From: Candidatus Omnitrophota bacterium
GTDB taxonomy: Bacteria; Omnitrophota; Gorgyraeia; B26-G9
Direction of reading: 5' to 3'
DNA: 64,000 bases
NCBI GenBank assembly: GCA_018817165.1
Contig: JAHITY010000072.1
Span: forward strand, 49,164-113,163
Below, piece after piece: positions 32,201 to 38,877 of the stretch. A program made the position numbers and the translations under genes. Each line of letters opens with the position of its first letter. The first letter of the stretch is position 1. The notes under the pieces are model-generated. The model had not been told where the DNA came from, did not search any database, and worked only from the letters and a program-made list of their open reading frames with translations.

Positions 32201-35200
32201 TGCAGAATCAAGCAGAGGAAATCATTATTAAAGCGTATGACGCGTATAATAATATTAAAACTGATTATACAGGATCAATAATTGTAGACACAAATGGGAC
32301 AGCAAATGCTATTACCTGGGCATTGAATGCCGGCAGCGGAGTTTTTAATGATAACGGGGCGAGTGTAGATACAGCGACTTATACATTTAATCTTAGTGAC
32401 AATGGACAGGTTATATTATCGTTGACTGATACTGTTTCTGAAATAATTAATATTTCAATATCCGGTGATACGAAAACAGATGATGATAATGAAGGTGTTC
32501 TGGAAATTGTTGCCGCGGGATTTCATCATTTTAAAATCACGCATGATGGAAACGCGATTGCTGGTATTGCTGAACAGATCATGGTCACGGCTAAGGATGC
32601 TAGTGATGTGACGATTACTAATTATGCCGGAACTATTACTTTGGATACAAATGGCACTGCTACGGAAATAAGCTGGGCATTGCAGTCAGGAACCGGAGCA
32701 TTTAATGACAATGGGCTAACGGTTGATACAGCAACATATACTTTTAATCTGAGTGACAATGGAACTGCGGTTTTTACAATTACGAATACACAGATTCAGA
32801 CAATTAATATAAGTGTTAGCGGCAGTGGGAAAACTGATGATAATACGGAAGGCAATTTAGTTTTTAATCCTCCGGGATTAAAGCATTTTAGGATTACACA
32901 TGATGGTTCAGCAATTGCCGGAGTCGTTGAAAATATTATAATTACCGCGCGTGACGCAAACAGTAATCCAGTTGTGAATTATACCGGGTCTATTACTCTT
33001 GATACAAACGGCACTAGCGGAACAATTGCCTGGTCAAAAATTTCCGGTAATGGCACATTTACTGACGGCGGAGCAGCAGTTGATACAGCGACTTATTCAT
33101 TTGCCGCCGCGGATAATGGCACAGTTACTCTGGGTATAGTCAACACTAAGGCTGAGTTGTTTAATGTTTCGGTCATTGGTGACGCCAAGACTGATGATAA
33201 TTTAGAAGGGGATATTACAGTTATCGCGAATGCACTGAATAAATTTATTATTGTTCATGATGCCAGCGCGCAGGCTGGTATTGCGGAGAATATAATAATT
33301 ACCGCTAAAGACGCTTATGCAAATACAATCATTAATTATACCGGGACAATAAATTTAGATACAAATGGAAACGCAACAACAATCAGCTGGGCCAAGGTAA
33401 CAGGCAGTGGAGTGCTGAATGATGGGGGCGCCTTGGTTGATACAGCTGATTATACTTTTGGGTTGGCGGATAATGGAGTGGTTGTTTTAAGCATTACAGA
33501 TACGACAGTAGAAAACCTGAATATCTCAGTGGCTAGTGATGGTAAATCCGATGATGATACGGAAGGGATTTTGATTGTCGGGGCAGGGGCTTTAGATAAA
33601 TTTATTGTCAGTCATGATGGTTCAGGATACGCGGGTATCGGAGAATTGATCACAGTAAAAGCCTATGATATATACGCAAACATAAAGACAAATTATAGCG
33701 GAACGATCACTGTGGATACTAATGGAACAATGAACGCGATCAGCTGGTCATTAAATTCCGGATTGGGTGTCTTCACTGATGGCGGGGCCGCGGTTGATAC
33801 GGCGACATATACTTTTGTGGCTGGAGATAATGGCTTGGTTGTGCTGATGCTTATTGATACAGCCGCTGAATCTATAGATATTGATATTTCCGGCTCAGGA
33901 AAATTTGATGATGATAGCGAAGGAAATATGTTGGTTTCTCCCAGCGGATTACATCATTTTTTGATTGAGCATGATGCGAGTGCCATGGCCGGTATCGCGG
34001 AAAGTATCAATATTTATGCCAAAGATTATTATAATAATACGCAAAATGATTATACCGGAACGATTACCTTGGATACTACGGGGACAGCGACAACAATTAC
34101 CTGGTCAAATATTTCCGGCAATGGAATGTTTAATGATAATGGAGCAAGTCTGGATACAGCTGCTTATACTTTTATTTTAGCAGATAATGGCTTGGTTAGT
34201 TTTTCGCTTAATGATACTACCGCGGAAATCCTGAATATTTCGGTCAGCGGTGACGGTAAATTTGATGATGATACTGAAGGTGGTTTAACAGTAAGCCCCA
34301 ATGTTTTGAATTATTTTTCAATAAGTCATGATGGGTCGGCAGTGCAATCAATCGGTGAAGAAATAATGGTTACAGCTAAAGATCAATATGGCAATATAAA
34401 AACCGACTATATCGGAACAATTATTCTAGATACGGATGGGGATGTGAATAATATCAGTTGGGAGTTGAAAAACGGGGCAGGGTTTTTTACTGACGGCGGT
34501 TCTGGGGTTGATACAGCGATGTATACTTTTGCTTTACAGGATAATGGAGAAGCTTTTTTTAATATAACTGACAATACAGCGCAAACCATAGACATTGATG
34601 TGAATGATGGTTCGATTATTGATGATGACACAGAGGGCGCTCTTGTTGTACAGGCTTCATCATTAAGTGTGGATATTACGGCTAATACTTTGAGCAGCGG
34701 GTATATAAGTCAAACAGTGACTGATAAATTAATTTTGGATCTTACGCTTACAAATAACAATGTTCTGGCCGCTGACACGATTCAGAGCCTGACGATTAAT
34801 AATAGCGGAACAATCCCTGATAGCCAGATCAGCGCAATAAAACTTTTTTATGACAGCAATAACTCCGGTGAATTTGAACCAGGTATTGATGCGCAGATCG
34901 GGACTAAAGTTTTTAGCGGCGGAGCAGCTGTATTTAATGATATTGATGTATTGATTCCAATTGCCGGAACAGAAGAATTATACGCAACAGTAGATTTAAG
35001 CGGAACGGTTACTAATGGGGCAAGCGTGGATATAAGTGTTCCGATTAATGGAATTAGTTTTGAATTTTCGCCAACAGCTGAAGATAGTATTTTAAATTCG
35101 ACAGGAAGCTATATTGTTGATTCCGTGGGTCCGGGTAATGTTTCCGGCTTGGCAACAAACTCCCATAATAATGCGATCAGCACTTGGAGCGATCCGCAAT

Positions 35201-38200
35201 CAAAAGATAATACTGTATCAGTAACCTGGAGTCCGGCAATTGACGCAGACAGCGGTTTGGATGGTTATTCTTTGCTCTGGGATACAAATCCGACAACAAT
35301 TCCCGACACTATAAAAGATATAGAACAAACACAGAATTCAAATACAAGCCCTGCGCTGGTAAATGGGAATACTCATTATGTGCACATAAGAAGCGTAGAC
35401 AATGTCGGTAACTGGGCATCAACAGCAGTCCATCTTGGGCCATTCTATATTGACACACAAGTTCCAACGCCAGTTTCAGTTTATCAAATCAGTGAATACG
35501 CTGGAGGAGATTATTTGAGTGTAAGCGGAAATACAATTTATTATTCGGGACTCGCTTATTCCGCATTTCGGGTTTATCTGGCTGCCAGTGATGCCGCATC
35601 AGGATTAAAAGAAGCATTATTTCCCACAACAACAAGCTCCGGAGGAACAGACACAACTGAAGATGTTGGCGCATATCAATATTTATATACATATGAAATC
35701 GCAGCACCGGCAACTAGTTTTAATAATGTGAATGCTGTGGTTTATGATAATGCGGGTAATTCGATTAATGTTCCCTTTAGTGTGGTTTTAGACAGTACAG
35801 CGCCAAATTTTGTGACAACCCTTACATCATCATCGCATACTCAGGGCGTTCCCTCAATTAATAATGATATTACCTTTACCTGGTCGGATGTGAGTGATAC
35901 TCAGTCCGGAGTCGCGGGATATAGTATTATTGTAAATACAAATCCAACTACTATCCCGCCACAATATCTGAATGTGGATCAAGGCCAAGGAACGTATACA
36001 GCAAATGATCGGGCTTCCGGTAGTTATTATGGACATATCCGCAGTGTGGATAATGTGGGTAATTGGTCAAGTACAGTTACTCATGCCGGACCATATATAA
36101 TCGGTAGAGGGAATCTAAACGCGGCGATTACCAGTTCGAAAAATATTGTCAGCACGGATCAGCAGTTTTCAATTACGATGACAGTGGACAATAGCGGAAG
36201 TTCGGCGGTTAATGATGTTGATCCGAGTACTTTGACTGTGAGTACAACCGGCGCGGCAACAGCTACTACAAGTTCCAATCCAGCTGCTCAGGATATTGCC
36301 GCGGCAGGGCAAAAACAATTTCAATGGGTATATACAGCGGGAGCAAATCCCGGAACAATTAGTTTTAAAGGTTACGCGCAGGGCACAGATACTGATGGGA
36401 TAATTAAATCGAGTGTTATTTCTTCAAATGATATTACGGTCGAACAAAAAGCTAATTTGAGCTTGAGCGTTTCCGCTGCTCCGTCAACTGTAAATACCAA
36501 TGAAAACATAACGATCAAAGTAACTGTTTCTAATAGCGGGCAAGCCGACGCGGTAAATGTGGCGCTATTGTTAACTCCATCTGGTTCTGCGAATCCGATT
36601 ATTGATTCAGGTCCCAGTCCGGCTACATCAACAATAAAGGGCGGAAGGTCAAAGGAGTTTACTTTTATTGCGCATGGAGCGGGTGCGGGTGTTGCTAATT
36701 TCGCGGCTTATATTTCCCAGGGAACTGATGAGAATTCTAATCTGCTTTTGCTAGCAATACAAGCGCAGGATTCAGTCACAGTGCAATCACCGCCATTCTA
36801 TGAGCTGACATCGTCAATAAGCGCAACTCCTGTTTCGGTGCAGCCAGCAGAGACAATTACAATTATAATGAATGTGCAGAATACCGGAGGCAGTATATTA
36901 ACTAATATTACTCCGTCAAGTTTGGCGGTGGGAGGAACTTCCTCAGACGCTATTTATGCGACTGGGCCTACTCCGGCTAATGTATCAACTTTGGCTGCTG
37001 GAGCAGCGCAGCAGTTTAGCTGGACTTATACCGCGGGCAGTACATTAGGCAGTATTAACTTTACGGGTAATGCTAATTCAACAGAAATAGGATCCAGCGC
37101 AACAGCTTCCAGTGATATTACGATTTTAACTGAAGCAGCTGTTTTAACATCAGCGATTGCCGCTACGCCAGCATCTTTACTGACTAATGCGACAATAACC
37201 GTGACAATGAGTGTGACCAATACAGCTAATAGCGGAGGGGCAACAGCAGAGAATGTGATTCCTTCGATTTTAACAATCGGCGGCAGCAGCGGAGAAGCAA
37301 ATTTATTGACTGGTCCAAGTCCCTCCAGCGCAAACATCGCTCCTCAGGCGCAGCAGAATTTTGTCTGGACCTATAAAGCGGGAATAACTCCGGGTACAGT
37401 TAATTTTACGGGGAATGCCTCAGGTACTGATTCCAGTGATTCTTCAGATGTAAGTTCCGCGGCTAATGCTTCAGCTAATGTGAGCATCAGCACGCTAAAC
37501 GCGGATTGGATATATCCTACAGGGGCAAATGTGCTGGGGCCGATCCGGAGCATTCCGATTGCTTATTGGGGCATGGAAAATAAAATTTATATTGGATCAG
37601 ATGATAATAATCTATACATCTTAAACGGAGATACGCATGAACTTGATAGCAGCTTTACAACCTCGGGAAAGATCAGAGGTTTGCCATATCCATCAACGGA
37701 TATTGATGGAGCGGATTTAAAAGATATTGTTTATTTTGGAACAGTGGGTAAAACAGTTTATGGTTTATGGGCAGACAATACGCTCAGATGGAATAGGGTA
37801 ATGGGTGAGGCCCTGACAACCACAGTATTATATGATTATGTTTCCGGCGTCTATTTTGGGACAACCGCGAATAATATTTATTGTATTGATGCCGCGGATG
37901 GAACAGATTTCTGGGGAGCTCCGGCAGCTGTAGGCGGGGCGATTGAATCATCGCCGGCAATGATTTATGTGCCGACTTTGGATTATGATGAAATATACTT
38001 TGGAGCAAGCGATGGAAAAGTTTATGGGTTTAAGGCGATTGACGGCACCGGAGCGCGCACATTTGATACGGGTTTTGGGGCAGAGGGGGCAATTAAAACA
38101 GCGCCAACAATTACTTTACAAAACCCGAGTGTCGGCAGTTCAAGGCGCTTGATGGTATTTGGCACGGCCAATGGAAAATTTTACGCGGTGAATACAGCGA

Positions 38201-38640
38201 ATCTAAGTTCAGCTCCCGCGGATACAGGTTGGAGTGTTAATCCGATTTCCGTGGGCGGGGCAGTTTATTCCGCGCCCTGGTTTGATACTGGTTCACGCTA
38301 TGTATTTTTTGGTTCGCAGGATGGCAAACTGTATGCAGTGAGTATTGCTGATGGGAGTATGAAGCCAAATTTTCCAGTAGACGTGGGATCGCCGATTGAT
38401 TCCTGGCCATTGGTTGAAAACGGTATAGTTTATTTTGGCGCGGATAATGGCAAGTTTTACGCAGTTGATGTTGTCACTGGGCAAATAGTTCCGGGATGGC
38501 CTTATGATACCGGCGATGCGATTAAAGGCGGCGCGGCGCTGCATTTGATATATAATACTGATACCTGGGATGTGGAAGAAACTTATGTAATCGTTGGTTC
38601 AGACTCGGGTAAGGTTTATTCGTTTAGAGCCGTGAGATAA
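20248..38640 (+). CDS. Giant (6130 aa) secreted multi-repeat surface/adhesin-like protein: signal peptide, Fn3-like x3, 27 Ig-like (~119 aa) repeats in three blocks, LamG-like, three copies of a beta-sandwich 'SITLNN' domain, Fn3-like x2, DUF11-like repeats, C-terminal PQQ-type beta-propeller
   Basis: Uninterrupted 18.4-kb ORF. N-terminus 'LLKFCLTFLFFIGPLIIFTSFAQA'. Fn3-like 'PYFEWSGATDTGGTGVNGYSVYWG...YYLRVRTFD' x3 (~21350-22330). Ig-like repeats 'HFVI.HDG.A.AG..E.ITITAKD.YGN.KTDYTGTITLDTNGTA..ISWAK..GNG.F.DGG..VDTATYTF...DNGV.VLS..DT..E.INISV.GDGKTDDNTEGNL' starting ~22690, 26610 and 31100 (7+10+10). LamG signature 'GQLDEVRYS' (~26040). DUF11-like 'ITSSKNIVSTDQQFSITMTVDNSG' (~36100-37500). 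PQQ-like 'IYCIDAADGTDFWG', 'LYAVSIADGS', 'FYAVDVVTGQ' (37500-38640). Confidence 0.9.
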   Translation: MLRNTKKVNNIDFPNNLLKFCLTFLFFIGPLIIFTSFAQADVPVFMAYSQASATSGGTINVTKPSGTVQGDLLIASYVSDDIYTLTAPSGWTLIQGGYSNPVDNTPSFGVWYKIADASEPTSYTFSSGGNDDQYVAILRYQGHDPAAPINNSAIAYSTGSNAPTAPSINTTREECVILRVFGADDDDTPYNVPAGYSERYNGKSTASNSSCGGAGADTTQALPGATGTAAFSMNAIEEWMAVTIAIAPPPKPNVNITVTPNQTKAQNSGGLEFKLVFDQVMNTSIAPVVSYDPAGVLGAQSCTGGTWSTTTLTNDTYKVYNDNPITDSTGDGTATISVSAAKSAAGAIMNPDTNDTFLIDATVPINPTQPCSAWNSSSKINSIANDTWQEADNTPYFEWSGATDTGGTGVNGYSVYWGNDAYGEPALIQEQSASNYNVSSGTADGVYYLRVRTFDIIGNYSQSVTLFTFRYDAGVPLNPDIPCAAWQSNLKVNPISNNTWQQADDTPYFEWTGANDSGGSGISGYSVYWGTDINGAPGVSQEQGNADYEISTPTGDGTYYLRIRTFDNLNHYSAPITLFTFRYDATAPLNPTVPCNAWDSSSKNTVISDNTAQGIDSSPYFEWSGADDGSGQGVSGYSVYWGIDPEGEPATAQEQSAANYNIVSAVSEGTYYLRIRTFDALGHYSDAVTLFTFILDQTKPTVSVGVLPDPSGHRAPGELGFTLLFSESMDMGTDPIVSYDPSGATGVQNASLNGAWSTTNNPNDTYTVYNSNAINSATGEGTATISISMAKDIAGNTMLADTNDVFSINTAIDHFVIEHDGSGLINIPETITITAKNITNCTVNDFTGQITLSTLNETKQITWALVSGNGTFVDNGLGNDSATYTFNAADNGVVVLQLTCSAANNLDIEATDGTHSDDDTEGTLVISTTALGWFVIEHDNAAVAGVKEDIKVTAKDTNGLTKTDYVGTVILDTTGTPTTISWTISTGLGTFSEGGASVDTAQYTFNPNDNGVAIFTIKDTKAETLNISVDDAGKTDNNLEGNLVIAPGALNHFIVSHDAQAIAGIADSVTIRAYDIYNNIKTDYVGTMTVDTNGTDSAISWAKISGNGIFTDGGPSADTATYGFVSADAGVVVLSITDTKKETIDIDASAEGKTDTDSEGTMVISAAAIDYFLISHDTAGSAGVAEQVTVLAKDSYGNTKTDYTGTITLDTNGTAAAISWAKAVGNGIFTDNGPSVDTATYVFDLTDNGIAVFSIIDSTAESINISVSGDAKTDNNTEGNLVIGPAVIWSFRVTHDGAGNAGLAETVTITALNSIGQIKTDYTGTITIDTNGTATAISWTKLIGNGTFNDGGVAVDTAVYTFSALDNGVVTLAITDNAVESIDIDVSGSGKTDDDSEGLMNIDTALLAYFRIAHDGIAVAGINENITITAKDTLGQTKTDYTGTIYIDTDGTANTITWTKISGAGGFVDDGAAADTCAYTFSAADNGVVVLGMSDTFTETINISVSGSASDDNTEGLLQVRPGTLSKFIISHDNNAFTGIPEHITIAAYDGFNNIKTDYTGSIIVDTNGTATTISWAKYQGAGTFVDGGASVDTATYTYNSADTGIVTLDMTDMTAETINISVSGGGSVDDNTEGNLVITQFLLGNWTYNKEVTIDRTKVMAALTDFPVLISIVDTALRDNARSDGFDIVFTASDKNTKLDHEIESFDKATGTLVAWVKIPSLLASADTKIYMYYGNPAASDQQNKSGVWDSSYKGVWHLNNDPSITAPQVKDSTSNNNAMTSYGTMTNTDLVYAKVGKGIDFDGSNDYFKKTSPVGVGTPGDYTVSAWFKYTSSPANYGTIYNHNNYSPQFGFYNQSVAMVYHSSLITSSGTATHNDNQWHKVDYRRVGSTVYFYVDGVLHGTGSHTRTFPTATSALIGWSNYSNEYWLGQLDEVRYSTTARSPEWIATEYNNQNSPATFINVGLAATATANPVITDTVPVGQTGNLILNVSVTNNEGSVLTINSITLNNVGTASDAEITAVKLYYDSNNSLDYTPGVDTQVGNSGFSSGTKMFSGFNINISAGATQYLFAVVDVASACASGKILDVSIPINGITFSNGKKLASAVLNSNGTRQTYIGLNHFVINHDGAAIAGLDEHITITAKDAYGNTKTDYTGTITVDTDGTAESISWSKYAGNGVFTDGGSSLDTATYTFALSDGGVVVLNISNQIAQTINISVNGDAKSDDNTEPDLSFSAGLVDKFILNHDQAAIAGQGETITIIVKDSFGNTVTNYSGQITLGTDGSAADISWTLNSGSGIFLNNGAGAGTAMYTFDPSDSGTASFEIMDNKAETINIIAVGDGKYDDNSEGALVVAPGELHHFVISHDQSANAGSAEVISITALDSLNNIKTNYTGTVTLDTTGTATKITWALNAGNGIFIDGGGSLDTATYTFNALDNGIAVFNLTDTKAEIINISVVAGSITDNDTEGNMIVGPGEIDYFLISHDRIATTDVSEQIMITAYDAFANIKNDYTGTIGLDTTGTVTTITWTLISGEGIFNDSGPSDDTASYTFTADDSGVVIVSIINYTAESVNISVTGDGKTDNNLEGNLVFVSSGIDHFLIVHDNNAIAGIAESISIYAKNANGDTLTSYGGQITIDTTGTPGTISWALQSGTGDFTDSGAADDTCSYIYDDADLGVVVLTMIDSTEETINISVFGEAKTDNNTEGNLVINPAGLHHFSITHDNNAIAGIGETVTIQAKDANNNTLNTYAGQINLDTTGTATTVTWAKISGNGSFSDGGALVDTATYSYVAGDSGTCVLSITDTKVESLNISVAGGGKTDDDKEGLLTIGAGAIDHFTISHDGIAVAGVADNVTITAYDAYGNIKTNYTGQITLDTNGTATTITWAKAAGLGTFIEGGAAVDTATYTFLAADNGQCILKITDTKSESLNISVIGDGKSDNDSEGNLIVSPTSLQYFMVSHDTNAEAGVAENITITAYDLYSNIKDNYTGTITLDTNGTATTISWSKVTGNGVFTDGGAAVDTATYTYTDSDKGIVVLSINDTKKENIDIDVFGGGKTDTDTEGILVIAPTSINHFVITHDGNAEAGIAENITVKAYDIYSNLKDNYMGTIGLNTNGTETTITWAKITGNGVFVDGGAAVDTASYTYADSDDGIAVFSITDTKKEVINITISGDGKSDTNTEGDLTVGASAINYFTIFHDGSGVVGLGESIAIYAKDTWGNIKDNYIGQITVDTNGTATAIAWTLSAGVGVFVDGGAAADTATYTFSDADDGLVVLSLNNSVAETINISVSGDGKTDDNTEGNLIINPVGGLNTGYLSPTANSGNFTSPANAYANDTSRATSSNGQSQQYSNYGINIPAGSTILGIEVQMDAYASTTTGLIQGLVELSWNGGTNFTSTGKITPDMITSEVTYILGGPTDIWGRTWTVADLTNANFRLRINASTPGTTSYLYLDWIPVRVYYDLPPDAIANPVSTNSVSAGASNILSLDITVTNSASQNRIINSLTINNTGTLSDTEIASLKLYYDSNNSGDYTVNVDNQVGSGVFNSASKTFTGLIITVPPSGSADLFVVCQIAQTVNDADTLDIQIPSNGISFANGVQIEDTALNSAGIIPVSLVLNHFVIVHDQAAVTGIPEQVRITAHDVYGNIKTAYTGTITLDTNGTATAITWAKVTGNGVFTDGGAAVDTATYIFNATDNGTALFSIVDNKAETINISVSGNAKIDDNTEGNLVISSGAIDHFQISHDSAAVAGVPENIIITAKDVFNNTVANYTGQIILDTNGTAAGISWELFSGFGVFADGGQGVDTATYTFNSSDNSTVTFTLTATVAETLNIAVTGDGKADDNTEANLIVSAAGLNHFLINHDGAAQAGVAETITITAKDQYGNTKKNYTEQISLDTNGTASTIVWAKISGNGTFVDGGLSVDTATYTYNLADNGVVILSLKDTNLESLNISVSGSGKTDNDSEGLLNVGPGIINHFSIIHDGFGLQNQAEEIIIKAYDAYNNIKTDYTGSIIVDTNGTANAITWALNAGSGVFNDNGASVDTATYTFNLSDNGQVILSLTDTVSEIINISISGDTKTDDDNEGVLEIVAAGFHHFKITHDGNAIAGIAEQIMVTAKDASDVTITNYAGTITLDTNGTATEISWALQSGTGAFNDNGLTVDTATYTFNLSDNGTAVFTITNTQIQTINISVSGSGKTDDNTEGNLVFNPPGLKHFRITHDGSAIAGVVENIIITARDANSNPVVNYTGSITLDTNGTSGTIAWSKISGNGTFTDGGAAVDTATYSFAAADNGTVTLGIVNTKAELFNVSVIGDAKTDDNLEGDITVIANALNKFIIVHDASAQAGIAENIIITAKDAYANTIINYTGTINLDTNGNATTISWAKVTGSGVLNDGGALVDTADYTFGLADNGVVVLSITDTTVENLNISVASDGKSDDDTEGILIVGAGALDKFIVSHDGSGYAGIGELITVKAYDIYANIKTNYSGTITVDTNGTMNAISWSLNSGLGVFTDGGAAVDTATYTFVAGDNGLVVLMLIDTAAESIDIDISGSGKFDDDSEGNMLVSPSGLHHFLIEHDASAMAGIAESINIYAKDYYNNTQNDYTGTITLDTTGTATTITWSNISGNGMFNDNGASLDTAAYTFILADNGLVSFSLNDTTAEILNISVSGDGKFDDDTEGGLTVSPNVLNYFSISHDGSAVQSIGEEIMVTAKDQYGNIKTDYIGTIILDTDGDVNNISWELKNGAGFFTDGGSGVDTAMYTFALQDNGEAFFNITDNTAQTIDIDVNDGSIIDDDTEGALVVQASSLSVDITANTLSSGYISQTVTDKLILDLTLTNNNVLAADTIQSLTINNSGTIPDSQISAIKLFYDSNNSGEFEPGIDAQIGTKVFSGGAAVFNDIDVLIPIAGTEELYATVDLSGTVTNGASVDISVPINGISFEFSPTAEDSILNSTGSYIVDSVGPGNVSGLATNSHNNAISTWSDPQSKDNTVSVTWSPAIDADSGLDGYSLLWDTNPTTIPDTIKDIEQTQNSNTSPALVNGNTHYVHIRSVDNVGNWASTAVHLGPFYIDTQVPTPVSVYQISEYAGGDYLSVSGNTIYYSGLAYSAFRVYLAASDAASGLKEALFPTTTSSGGTDTTEDVGAYQYLYTYEIAAPATSFNNVNAVVYDNAGNSINVPFSVVLDSTAPNFVTTLTSSSHTQGVPSINNDITFTWSDVSDTQSGVAGYSIIVNTNPTTIPPQYLNVDQGQGTYTANDRASGSYYGHIRSVDNVGNWSSTVTHAGPYIIGRGNLNAAITSSKNIVSTDQQFSITMTVDNSGSSAVNDVDPSTLTVSTTGAATATTSSNPAAQDIAAAGQKQFQWVYTAGANPGTISFKGYAQGTDTDGIIKSSVISSNDITVEQKANLSLSVSAAPSTVNTNENITIKVTVSNSGQADAVNVALLLTPSGSANPIIDSGPSPATSTIKGGRSKEFTFIAHGAGAGVANFAAYISQGTDENSNLLLLAIQAQDSVTVQSPPFYELTSSISATPVSVQPAETITIIMNVQNTGGSILTNITPSSLAVGGTSSDAIYATGPTPANVSTLAAGAAQQFSWTYTAGSTLGSINFTGNANSTEIGSSATASSDITILTEAAVLTSAIAATPASLLTNATITVTMSVTNTANSGGATAENVIPSILTIGGSSGEANLLTGPSPSSANIAPQAQQNFVWTYKAGITPGTVNFTGNASGTDSSDSSDVSSAANASANVSISTLNADWIYPTGANVLGPIRSIPIAYWGMENKIYIGSDDNNLYILNGDTHELDSSFTTSGKIRGLPYPSTDIDGADLKDIVYFGTVGKTVYGLWADNTLRWNRVMGEALTTTVLYDYVSGVYFGTTANNIYCIDAADGTDFWGAPAAVGGAIESSPAMIYVPTLDYDEIYFGASDGKVYGFKAIDGTGARTFDTGFGAEGAIKTAPTITLQNPSVGSSRRLMVFGTANGKFYAVNTANLSSAPADTGWSVNPISVGGAVYSAPWFDTGSRYVFFGSQDGKLYAVSIADGSMKPNFPVDVGSPIDSWPLVENGIVYFGADNGKFYAVDVVTGQIVPGWPYDTGDAIKGGAALHLIYNTDTWDVEETYVIVGSDSGKVYSFRAVR

Positions 38641-38644
38641 GAGC

Positions 38645-38668
38645 AGCGTATAGCGAATAGCGTTTAGG
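38645..38668 (+). repeat. Post-stop heptamer motif AGCGTATAGCGAATAGCGTTTAGG (family (W)TAGCG(W)n-TTAGG)
   Basis: Begins 5 nt after the giant gene stop. The same motif class occurs at 54092..54118, 55327..55357 and 60097..60127, each directly after a plus-strand stop codon. Confidence 0.6.
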
Positions 38669-38735
38669 AAAAACAGAAAACCGGATGGGTTATCCTGAAA
38701 TAGGTTTAGAGTAAAGAATATAATTTTAAAAATCG

Positions 38736-38828
38736 TAGGGGCGCTGCTTGCCTGCGCCCGCTTATTAATGATTTTACCGATTCATGTAATTGTATATTAT
38801 TTCGGGCCGGGGCAAGCGCGGCCCCTAC
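38736..38828 (+). terminator. GC-rich structured element: either two local hairpins (GGGCGC-N9-GCGCCC; GGGCCG-N9-CGGCCC) or one ~18-bp long-range stem; candidate terminator or attenuator between the giant gene and the PQQ gene
   Basis: 'cgtaggggcgctgcttgcctgcgcccg ... cgggccggggcaagcgcggcccctacat'. The two arms are near-perfect reverse complements. Stands out in an AT-rich intergenic region. No canonical long U-tract. Confidence 0.35.
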
Positions 38829-38877
38829 ATTGTGTCCTTGTGACTTGTGAACTTGTTATTTAAATAAGGGAGTTTGT

